This document shows, one piece after another, positions 10,156-18,094 of a DNA stretch of 64,000 nt (its first letter is position 1; each line of letters starts with the position of its first letter). This stretch comes from Blastocatellales bacterium (GTDB lineage: Bacteria; Acidobacteriota; Blastocatellia; RBC074): contig JBFWUF010000044.1 in NCBI GenBank assembly GCA_050247435.1, positions 321 to 64,320 on the forward strand. Direction: 5' to 3'. The notes beneath the pieces are model-generated. The model had not been told where the DNA came from, ran no database searches, and saw only the letters and a program-made list of their open reading frames with translations. The position numbers were made by a program, and so were the translations under genes.

Positions 10156-10392
10156 TTAAAAATCCGGCCAATCGGGTGGATCGTCGTCACTGTCTTTCAC
10201 CAAAGTGAGGTGAGCGGGCTTGCGGATTACAGACGGTATGTCAGGTTCCACTGCGATCTGTCGCGCCAACTCCTCCCGCTCATCAATATCTGTTTCTACG
10301 ACAGAGAAAGGATCGTCGCCGGTCTGAGCCGCGCCATTACCGATCATTTCCTCTGGCACATTGAGACGGTCGTCCTTCTCCTCATCGTTCAT
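10156..10392 (-). CDS. small acidic hypothetical protein (78 aa)
   Basis: GAGGAGGG RBS. Highly acidic (D/E-rich). In an operon with the two genes downstream. Confidence 0.5.
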   Translation of the reverse strand: MNDEEKDDRLNVPEEMIGNGAAQTGDDPFSVVETDIDEREELARQIAVEPDIPSVIRKPAHLTLVKDSDDDPPDWPDF

Positions 10393-10405
10393 ACCTTTGC
10401 CCTCC

Positions 10406-11608
10406 TCAAGCCAGACAAGGCATCAGGATGTAGCGCGTGACATACCCGTCGTCAGTGGTCGGGCGCAGTTCCACCAAAGAGTTTTCGTCGTTGTATTTGA
10501 TCGTCAGCGCCGAGCCGGACAGCGCGCGGGCGAAATCCTGGAGGTAGCGGCCGTTGAAGCTGATTGTCGTCTCCACATTAACGGCGGAAGAGAGCGGGAT
10601 GATCTCTTCTTTGCCTTCGCCGCCGGTGGGATCAACGCTGAGCAGTTCGTGCCTGTCTGGCGAGAAATGAAACTTGATCATTCCGAATTCCCGATTGCCT
10701 CCATCTACGCCGAAGACCGACATCCGGTTGACCACTTCTTTGAACGCCTGGCAATCGAGCGTAAGTTGGCGCTCGAAGCTTTTTGATAGAAGCGGCTCGC
10801 AATCGGGATATGCCCCGTCGCGTAATACGCAAGAAAATCGTCGGGCGCCGGCGCCGAAGAACAATCGGTTCAAATCGAGGCCGATATCCACTTCGCCTTC
10901 GGATGAGCTAAAGACTTTGGCAATCGCGCTCAAGCTGCTTCGCGGGATGAGCAGCGTAATTGCTTTGTCTTGAGTGATGTCCAGCCTCTCGACGCAAATC
11001 AGACGATGACCATCCGTGGCGATCATCCGCGCGCCATTGGGACCGATAGTCAACTGCGCAGTGTCGAGCGCATAGCGGCCTGAATCGCCGTTCCTTTGCG
11101 CGGCAAATAGGGATGACTGAATCAATTTCAGCAGGATGTCGCGCGGTATTTTCGTGAACGGTTCGGCGGCTGCCGGCGCTTCGGGAAATTCGTCCGGCGA
11201 AATCGCATTGAGTTTGAACCGGCTGGCGCCGCATTTCAGCAGGGTGGATCGTTCATCGCCGCTGATAATGATTGTTTCAGCAGGCAATTGCCTGACGATC
11301 TCGTAGAGCTTCCGCGCAGGCAAACAAACGGAGCCCGGTTCAATCACGTCCGCCTCGACCTCGCATTGCAGCGTGTTGTTCAAACTGGCTGCTCTGAGGA
11401 TCAGCCGATCACGAGCGGCCTCGATCAACAGGTAACTGAGCGTCGGCAGCAGGCTCTTTGGCTCAACGATCTCCACCAACAGACTGAGTTCGGCTAACAG
11501 GTCGTTGCGGGCGATATGAATCTTGATGGTCTTACCGACTGCGCCGACCACCTCCCCGAATAGATTTGAAGCTGCGCCTGTCGTCTCGTTGTACGAACTA
11601 TCGAACAT
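10406..11608 (-). CDS. dnaN: DNA polymerase III beta sliding clamp (DnaN-family), island-encoded copy
   Basis: Three-domain beta-clamp signature along the whole length (IKIHIARNDLLAELSLL..., ...RYALDTAQLTIGPNG..., C-terminal LMPCLA). The start is placed at MFDSS with a GAGGAAG RBS. It is embedded among mobile/defence genes rather than in a dnaA-dnaN-recF context, so it is likely an accessory paralog. Confidence 0.8.
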   Translation of the reverse strand: MFDSSYNETTGAASNLFGEVVGAVGKTIKIHIARNDLLAELSLLVEIVEPKSLLPTLSYLLIEAARDRLILRAASLNNTLQCEVEADVIEPGSVCLPARKLYEIVRQLPAETIIISGDERSTLLKCGASRFKLNAISPDEFPEAPAAAEPFTKIPRDILLKLIQSSLFAAQRNGDSGRYALDTAQLTIGPNGARMIATDGHRLICVERLDITQDKAITLLIPRSSLSAIAKVFSSSEGEVDIGLDLNRLFFGAGARRFSCVLRDGAYPDCEPLLSKSFERQLTLDCQAFKEVVNRMSVFGVDGGNREFGMIKFHFSPDRHELLSVDPTGGEGKEEIIPLSSAVNVETTISFNGRYLQDFARALSGSALTIKYNDENSLVELRPTTDDGYVTRYILMPCLA

Positions 11609-11666
11609 ATCGCTTCCTCTTCTCGATTGCGGTTGTCTCGAATTCATTTCTCGGCGTGAAGGTGGA

Positions 11667-12374
11667 TTACTGCTCCTGTAGCGCTACATTCAGACGCTCG
11701 ATCAATGCCGATGCGGCTCTACGCGAAATCTCGCTCAGATTGGCCTGGTACATCTCTCGGCAGGCGGCTTCAGGATCGAGCTTCAGCGTTTTCGCCAGCC
11801 TGTTGATCAAGGCGAGTTGCTTGGGTGAGATCAGGTCGGCCAAAGTTTTTGCTAACGGGTCTCGCGGCGGGGCGGTCGGTGCCCTGTTTCCACTTCGACT
11901 CGCCGAATCATTCGATCCATCTTCGTCGCGATAAAGATCACGCGCGACGCCGAATTTGACCGCGGCTCGTTTGAGCGCGTCGTGCTCTGCCTTCTTGATG
12001 CCGGTCTCGCTGTCGGCCGGCCCTGTGCCTACGCCCTCGCGCGTCACGCCGTTAATTGTGATCGCGGCGGTCACCGCGACGAAATCTCCGATCTGAACGA
12101 TGTTGCGGACGGCGTGCGACCAATCGGGAACGATTCTATCGAGCAGGTCAGCTACAACGTGCCATTCGACATAATCAACGTAATGCGTCTGGCCATTGCG
12201 GTCGCGCCAGCCCTCGCGCTGCTTTACATCTCCCTTCCTGATGCCCTCGCTCAGTCGTTTGAGCAGGGCTGAGAAACCGATCTCCGCGCCGGATTGTTGA
12301 TGAGCGGGTGTCACAGAGGTTTGCGCCGCCGGAGCCAATTTGATTGATGCGTGTTGGTTGCTGTTGGCGTTCAT
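11667..12374 (-). CDS. Rad52/Rad22-family single-strand annealing protein (Sak/DdrA-like recombinase)
   Basis: GWRDRNGQTHYVDYVEWHV ... GVTREGVGTG ... ETGIKKAEHDALKRAAVKFGVARDLY matches the Rad52/22 core. The start is placed at MNANSNQ (AAGGAA RBS). Confidence 0.7.
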   Translation of the reverse strand: MNANSNQHASIKLAPAAQTSVTPAHQQSGAEIGFSALLKRLSEGIRKGDVKQREGWRDRNGQTHYVDYVEWHVVADLLDRIVPDWSHAVRNIVQIGDFVAVTAAITINGVTREGVGTGPADSETGIKKAEHDALKRAAVKFGVARDLYRDEDGSNDSASRSGNRAPTAPPRDPLAKTLADLISPKQLALINRLAKTLKLDPEAACREMYQANLSEISRRAASALIERLNVALQEQ

Positions 12375-12499
12375 CGCTTCATTTCCTTTCGATTCGCGAT
12401 TTGGTTCGGATGAAAAATGCCGTAATCGCTCACGCCGCCATCCGCTCATCTTTTTAATCCGGAGGTGTGATCTGGTGAGTTGCTCCTGGACTGAAGAGG

Positions 12500-12910
12500 T
12501 TATCGAGGTCGGGCGAGGATATTGGTGGGCAGGTAGAGCGCGGGATGATGAATGATCCGCTGGTTGGTCGAACCGCGCCATTCTCCGGCGTTCTCTGAAA
12601 GCTCTTTGACGAAGGGGCCATCAATCAGAATGTCCGAGAGTTCAAGAATCCGCCTGATTGTCCGATCATTGCGGTTTGCCAGGTCATCCAGCATATAGCC
12701 TGTGTAAAGTGTGATGTGCTGGCCGCGCTGTCTGAGTAATTGCATCAAGACCAACAACCCTTGCGGTTGCAGAAACGGCTCTCCGCCGAGGATGGTCACT
12801 CCGTCACGAGGCGCGCCTTGCGGATCGAGCAGGCGCTCGATGATTTCGCTGACTTTCATTTCGACGCCGCCGTTGATGTCGTGAGTTTCAGGAACGAAGC
12901 AAGAAGTTAT
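12500..12910 (-). pseudogene. 3' fragment of a radical-SAM NrdG/YjjW-like activase gene (C-terminal ~135 aa), displaced by the insertion to its right
   Basis: The frame is open from the stop at 12913 and reads ITSCFVPETHDINGGVEMKVSEII...ILGGEPFLQ.... This aligns with residues ~110-230 of the intact paralog at 13169..13861 and begins exactly after the expected third Cys of CxxxCxxC. Confidence 0.65.
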
Positions 12911-12920
12911 CTACAGTCTG
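12907..12920 (+). repeat. 14-bp terminal inverted repeat, left copy (TTATCTACAGTCTG)
   Basis: Exact reverse-complement match to 17150..17163. Both copies lie precisely at the break points of the split rSAM gene. Confidence 0.75.
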
Positions 12921-12979
12921 GGCGGGAATGATACGATTTGATCGATAAGTATGCTCTCTCTATTGGAGTTATTCTCCCA

Positions 12980-13050
12980 GCAGTCCATTGAGTGTTGCAA
13001 GCTTGAAGCGAGCGGAGCAAGCGTAAAGCTTGCAACACTCAATGGACTGC
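12980..13050. repeat. perfect palindrome: 25-bp arms (GCAGTCCATTGAGTGTTGCAAGCTT / AAGCTTGCAACACTCAATGGACTGC) with a 21-nt loop
   Basis: Read directly from the sequence. It lies inside the insertion, 60 bp from the left inverted repeat and downstream of the intact rSAM gene. No T-run follows, so it is not a canonical intrinsic terminator. Confidence 0.9.
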
Positions 13051-13168
13051 TCGCAGCCGCGCTGCTATGTTCACGGCGGATTTCCTCAATCCTTTCCGGG
13101 AGGCGTTGAAATCTCTGTCTACTCTTTTCGCTCAAGGCGAGGAGCAGTCTTATGGAGACGCAACATGT

Positions 13169-13861
13169 TCAGCATAGAACGATCTGACCTCTGCTGCGCG
13201 TCGCCGTGAGGTCGATCACCCGCTGGTTGCCGCTGCCAGTCCAGGCGCCAGCGCTGCCGGCCAGCGCCTCGATGTATGGGCCATCAATGAGAATGTCCAA
13301 CTCGTTGAGTGCATCGCTAATCGCAGGCTGCCGTTTGACTCGCTCTCGCAGGGCCTCGTAGGTGTATCCGCTGTAGCACAAGATGTGTGAACACCCGCGC
13401 GCACGCAGCTCACGCGCCAGCGCCAGCAATGCGTTAGGCTGTGCGAACGGCTCCCCGCCCAAAATGCTTATGCCGTCCCGATCGTAATTGGGGTCAAGCA
13501 AAGCTGCCGCTAAACAGTTCGCGGGAACCAGCACGCCGGCGCTCGAGTCGTGCAATTCAGGGACCCAGCATCCTTTGCACGCCAGGGGACACGATTGGAA
13601 CAACACGGAGCTGCGCCGTCCCGGCCCTTCCGTGAGCGAGTTATGGTAGTAGCCTGTGATGCGCACGCACTCGCTTGCCGCTCTCTCATCAGCCGTGGCG
13701 ACAGGCGGCGGCAGCACCTCGATTGGACGGGCGCAGCCGATCTCCCGCGCCGCGCCCGCAAGCTCTGTTAGATGGTTCAGCGTTTCCTCTGAAAGACGGT
13801 CGGGCCCCTCGATTAACATTGCGCCATTCAGTTCATCCACGATGATCGAAATCTCCGGCAT
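13169..13861 (-). CDS. radical-SAM organic-radical-activating enzyme family protein (NrdG/YjjW-like, COG0602), intact copy with a ~50-aa N-terminal extension
   Basis: YHNSLTEGPGRRSSVLFQSCPLACKGCW carries the CxxxCxxC motif and the GGEPF motif follows. The start overlaps the recombinase stop by 29 nt. Confidence 0.75.
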   Translation of the reverse strand: MPEISIIVDELNGAMLIEGPDRLSEETLNHLTELAGAAREIGCARPIEVLPPPVATADERAASECVRITGYYHNSLTEGPGRRSSVLFQSCPLACKGCWVPELHDSSAGVLVPANCLAAALLDPNYDRDGISILGGEPFAQPNALLALARELRARGCSHILCYSGYTYEALRERVKRQPAISDALNELDILIDGPYIEALAGSAGAWTGSGNQRVIDLTATRSRGQIVLC

Positions 13862-16093
13862 GCGATTCAGCCCCTTTCGTATTTGCGTTCGCCAATACGC
13901 CCTTTGCCGACCGCTCTTCTTCTTGTATCTGCAGTGGCGCGCCGCCGAGTGTTGTAATGCTGCGTTCGATCCCGTTGATTGCGCTGCTCATCTCGCGATC
14001 GAGTTCCTGTTTGCGAGCGCCGCCGATCATGCGGCTGCCGATCCCGCGCAGTTCAATGAGGTTTGCTCGTTGACGTTCGAGCAGCGGCAATCCCTCCTGA
14101 TCCGGGATGTAGTTTGGGCAGGAGTGACAAGCCAAACGCGTCTCACACGGGTGGTAGGCGGTTAACCCGCACCAGCCGATACCAAGATCCACAAACAGCG
14201 ATTCACGCCACTGAACCTGAGCTTCGACATGCGCTTCGGGCGAAAGCAAGACACGCACTTGCGCTGTCGCCCGATGCTCTTCATCAATGGCGGCGAAAGC
14301 GGTCTCGAACTCCTGCCGCAAGAGCGGCGGCATGACCGCCGCATAGCGCATCGTCATTCGCAGGCTTTTGTGACCAAGCATCCGGCTGATCGTCTCAATC
14401 CGCATACCACGCGCGCGCCATTGCACGGCCAGCGTGTGGCGAAACTGGTGGCTGGTGAAGGCTGATGAGGTTCCCGCGAGTGCGCAGAGTCGCTTGATAA
14501 AACAATTGAGTAGATGGGGACTAAGAGGGTGGCCCTTCCACGTGAAAAGCAAATCGCGCGTCTTATCTGTGCGCTGGTCGAGGGTCGCGGGCTGTCGTCC
14601 ACGCCTAGTCATCCACTCGTCCACTGCGGTGACTAGTTGCGGTCTGACGGGAATCATCCTGTCATTATGCAACTTGCCAATCGGAACTCGCAGCCAGTGT
14701 GTTTGCTCGCCAGTTTGTTGATCCTGTGTTGCCATCAGGCAGCCGGTATCAAGCCGACAGAGCTCGCCAGCTCGCAACCCGCACTCGAATAACACCGCGA
14801 AGATGGCGCGCAATCGCTCGAATGGCTGCGGCAGCTTGTATTCGGCGGCTAAGTCCAGTGTGAGGCGCTCAACTGTGTCGACCAGCAAGCGCCAATCAGC
14901 GTCAGGAATCGCTCGCGGCAGTTCTTCATCCAGCCGTGGCGTGTCGCCGCGCACCCATAGCTTGCGTCCAGGCCGCTCCGGATATTCCAAGGCGTCGATG
15001 TGCTCGCAAAGGACTCGCACACAGGAAAGCGCGCGCACTTGATGAGCGCGTGAAAGCGGTTCGCCAACATTGACCGTCCGGAATTCCTGCCCGACATTAG
15101 TGTAATCGCCGCATCGCATCTCCTTGACTGCGCGTTTGTATGCCTCGATGTGTGTGCGGCGTAACTCCGCGACCGACTGCAGTGAAGGGGCATACTCGCC
15201 GAGCCAGTCGCCAAAGCGCCGCAGGCTTACACGGTAACTATTGACGGTCCCCGGCGCCCGGATCGTTTTCATGTCATCGAGAAATCGCTCGAAGGTGGCC
15301 ACGATGCCAGGCGCAGTACGTCCCCACCCGAACTTGTCAGGCGGCGCGAATCCTGTCAGGCGCGGCGCCTCGCCACCAAGGTGTCCCATCGCGGCGAGCA
15401 CTTTTTGAATGCAAGTGACACTTCCGTATGCGACGCGCTTTGTGCGACGGGTGTGAGCTTGCCAGCCCTCGAGGTCGGCTTTAGTCAATTCTGCGACATC
15501 GATCTTACCGGAGAAAACGAGAACAGAGAGCAGCACGCCAACTACATGCTTGCGCAGCGAAGGCGTGTACCGATAGCCGATGCCTTCTGCCGCCTGTATG
15601 AAACGCTCGGCAATCCGGTCGGCCCGTTCTTTGCCGAGCCATCTGTCCGCCAGGTGACGATGGTAGGTCTGGTAGATCTCTTCGCTGTAAGGCAGCACGC
15701 CGAGAAAGAAGAGCGTTGAAGTTAATCGCGCCCAATTGGTGGCCAGCGCTTGCCGCCAGATTTTCGGTCGCTGCGCTTCCCGTTCCAGCAGCGCTTGCTT
15801 CCAGGCCAGCAGCTTCTCCCAGTTGAAATCCCAGTAAGTGCAGTTCAGTTCCAGCATGATCTGCGCGCATAAGTGAATAGCGTGGCTGAGATAGCATTGA
15901 TGCAGATGTGGCGGTGCGTCGCGGATGGTGAATTCATAATAGGCTCGTTTGAACTGCGCGAACAAATCTTCAAGCGCCGCCATTTCAACCTTCGAGTATC
16001 TGCTTTTGGCAAGGGCCTCACGTTCGTGGTCACGAAGCTTCAGAGGTCTTGCTATAAGGATGGCATCATTCACATTTGCCGTCTGGTTCATCA
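13833..16093 (-). CDS. large tyrosine recombinase/integrase (Tn554 TnpB-like), ~753 aa
   Basis: C-terminal catalytic region HQFRHTLAVQWRARGMRIETISRMLGHKSLRMTMRYAAV (R..H-x-x-R...Y). The start is placed at MMNQTANV (AAGGAG RBS), 28 nt inside the upstream gene's end. The long N-terminal region is unassigned. Confidence 0.8.
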
Positions 16094-17124
16094 TTTCTCC
16101 TTTTGGTTGCGCCGGTCGAGCTGACTCGCTCGGTTTTGCACGCCGCCATAGCCTGAAGATATTCGCGCTGTAAGCGCCCGTCACGTATCTCGTTGTAGAT
16201 GAGCGTCGTTTCAATACGACGGTGACCGAGCTGACGTTGTAGAGCGTCAAGAGGCATGCCGGCTTCTGCCAGATTGGTGGCGCACGTGTGACGAAAGGCA
16301 TGGGCGTGAACACGCGGCGTGCCGGCTTTCTGGCGCGCCTGTTCGCAGACATAAACCCACCCGCGGTAGCTGAACGGTTGCCCGAAGTTGCGCCTCCCCA
16401 GACAGACGAAGACGTAGTCGTGATCAAGTCGTTGCGGGCGTTCCAGCCGGATGTAATTGCCGAGCGCATTCAACGCGTCTTCACTGAGCGGCACGATCCG
16501 GGAATTATGGCTCTTCGTCGAGCGAACGGTGACGCGGTGTCCCGCCCAGTGGATGTCGCCGAGTCTTAAATCGAGAGCTTCGCTGATGCGTACGGCCCCA
16601 TCCTTCAACAGAAAGACAATGGCGCGGTCGCGATGGCTGGACGCGGTGAGTTGAGCAATGAAACGATCAACTTCGTCAGCGGTGAGTGTCTCCGGGTGCA
16701 GGCGGTCATAGTGAAGGAGCGCAGGTTGTCCGGTAATGACGCCAGCAGCGGCGCGCAAACTGGCGCCGCCCGGCACAGGATTGCGATGAACGCCGGTCAG
16801 TTCCGGTTCAAGAGAGAGGAAGTTGTACCACTGCCTAATCGCGGCTAACCGCCGGACGATTGTGCGAGCGCTCACTGTTGCGTCCTCGTGAATAACCCGC
16901 TCACGTTCAGAGCGGATGAAGGCAATGATATGACTCGAACGGGCGGCCAACGGGTCGAGGCCGGATTTGTTGCAGAAGCTCAACCACCGCTTGAGGTCGT
17001 GGCGGTAAGCGCGGACGGTATTCTCCGGACGGACAATGGCAAGATCGGCAATGAATCGTTCGATCCAGCCTGCGGCGTTGCCTGGTTGTATGGGAGCGCT
17101 TGGTTCGTTTTGTCGTTCTGTCAT
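16066..17124 (-). CDS. tyrosine recombinase, XerC/XerD-like (Tn554 TnpA-like), 352 aa
   Basis: N-terminal SAM-like core-binding domain (TVRAYRHDLKRWLSF) and catalytic HAFRHTCATNLAEAGMPLDALQRQLGHRRIETTLIYNEI. Confidence 0.85.
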   Translation of the reverse strand: MTERQNEPSAPIQPGNAAGWIERFIADLAIVRPENTVRAYRHDLKRWLSFCNKSGLDPLAARSSHIIAFIRSERERVIHEDATVSARTIVRRLAAIRQWYNFLSLEPELTGVHRNPVPGGASLRAAAGVITGQPALLHYDRLHPETLTADEVDRFIAQLTASSHRDRAIVFLLKDGAVRISEALDLRLGDIHWAGHRVTVRSTKSHNSRIVPLSEDALNALGNYIRLERPQRLDHDYVFVCLGRRNFGQPFSYRGWVYVCEQARQKAGTPRVHAHAFRHTCATNLAEAGMPLDALQRQLGHRRIETTLIYNEIRDGRLQREYLQAMAACKTERVSSTGATKRRNDEPDGKCE

Positions 17125-17134
17125 GGGCGCTATC

Positions 17135-17452
17135 TTAAGTCGCCCACCTCAGACTGTAGATAAAGTTCGGACATCGAGTCAAACATCCGGAGGTTTGCAG
17201 TACGCTGCGCCTGCCTGGTCCTTCGACCACTGAGTTGTGGTAGATGCGGAAGACGCGTAGAGATGGCCCGCCGTTTAAAGTTGCCGAATTGCGTAGAGGC
17301 ACAATATTGATCGGTCGTGCGCAGTTAACAGATTTGCCCGACGGTAAAATGTCCTCGGCTAGTTCTTTCAGCTCTGATTGCCGTAGCCCCTCAACTGTCA
17401 TTTCGCCGCTGAGAACGTCAATAATCCACGTCGTCTCTCTCATCGGCCTCAC
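17135..17452 (-). pseudogene. 5' fragment of a radical-SAM NrdG/YjjW-like gene (N-terminal 105 aa, truncated within the CxxxCxxC motif)
   Basis: ...RIYHNSVVEGPGRRSVLQTSGCLTRCPNFIYSLRWAT* is homologous to the N-terminus of the intact paralog, including the 50-aa extension. It reads through the right inverted repeat and stops 11 bp before the recombinase start. Confidence 0.65.
17150..17163 (-). repeat. 14-bp terminal inverted repeat, right copy (CAGACTGTAGATAA on the plus strand)
   Basis: Reverse complement of 12907..12920. Confidence 0.75.
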
Positions 17453-17646
17453 ACTTTCTTGTTCTGGATCTGCGGCCTGACATTTGGGCGGGCGTAGAAC
17501 TCCTTGGTGTTCTCTTCGTGTTCCGGCGCGCCAGTCAGCTCAGTGACGATCTTGGCGACGTCCGCGCACTGCGGCCCCTGAACGCCTTCCACCTTCATCT
17601 CCATCTCGCCGGTCTGCTGGTCAATCGTGAAATTGATTTCGGGCAT
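17449..17646 (-). CDS. DUF2997-family small protein (65 aa)
   Basis: MPEINFTIDQQTGEMEMKVEGVQGPQCADVAKIVTELTG fits the short DUF2997 pattern (small beta protein with a conserved Cys), as recalled from memory. It overlaps the next gene by 4 nt. Confidence 0.55.
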   Translation of the reverse strand: MPEINFTIDQQTGEMEMKVEGVQGPQCADVAKIVTELTGAPEHEENTKEFYARPNVRPQIQNKKV

Positions 17647-17661
17647 TGTTTCACTCCTTCT

Positions 17662-18061
17662 TCAGTAACGGACCTTGATCTTTACGACGCCGCCCTCGAC
17701 CGTGCGATGCGCTGTTCCGCGCAATCGAGCCGCCACTTTGCTGACGACGCGCTCGTTGTATGCGGCGCGAAGACGTGGGAGGAACTGGCCGTCCAGCGCG
17801 CGGCGGCGGTCGAGTTCGTCCATCACCGGCCTGTAGGCGCCGTTTTCAGTTCGCTCGAAGCCGATGTCGCCGTAATTGTTCCCAATGGAGCTGCGTGGAA
17901 CGATGACGTCCGCCCTTTGCAAGAGCTGTTCGGAGTAGTAGCGCCCCATCTCCAAACTTTCGCCTTGTTTGATCCATTTGCAACCGACGTCTTCAAGAGC
18001 GGCGACGAGCAGATCGCGGTCTTTGAAGACGACTTCGGTGAAGGTCATGTACTTGCTCATT
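17662..18061 (-). CDS. DUF1257-family protein (133 aa)
   Basis: MSKYMTFTEVVFKDRDLLVAALEDVGCKW... resembles the DUF1257 N-terminus (MSHF..IKT.FKD...L..AL.DLGC). The start is placed at MSKY with a GGAGGAAG RBS. The longer track ORF is an upstream extension. Confidence 0.55.
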
Positions 18062-18094
18062 GCTGCTTCCTCCTCTCGATAAATAATGGTTGAT

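Larger units (their letters stand above)
12907..17163 (-). mobile_element. ~4.26-kb insertion with a Tn554-like two-tyrosine-recombinase module and a passenger rSAM gene, bounded by 14-bp inverted repeats
   Basis: The gene order TnpA-like (352 aa), TnpB-like (753 aa) and a third gene is the Tn554 layout. It interrupts an rSAM gene whose N- and C-terminal fragments flank it. Ends are TTATCTACAGTCTG inverted repeats. Confidence 0.6.

Noticed and set aside
12907-17163. Idea that the inverted-repeat-bounded segment is a phase-variable invertible switch restoring the split rSAM gene
   Set aside because: I wrote out the junction after a hypothetical inversion. The N-fragment frame would read ...CPNFIYSLGGNDTI* and hits a stop. 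Inversion does not regenerate the gene, so an insertion with terminal inverted repeats is the simpler reading.
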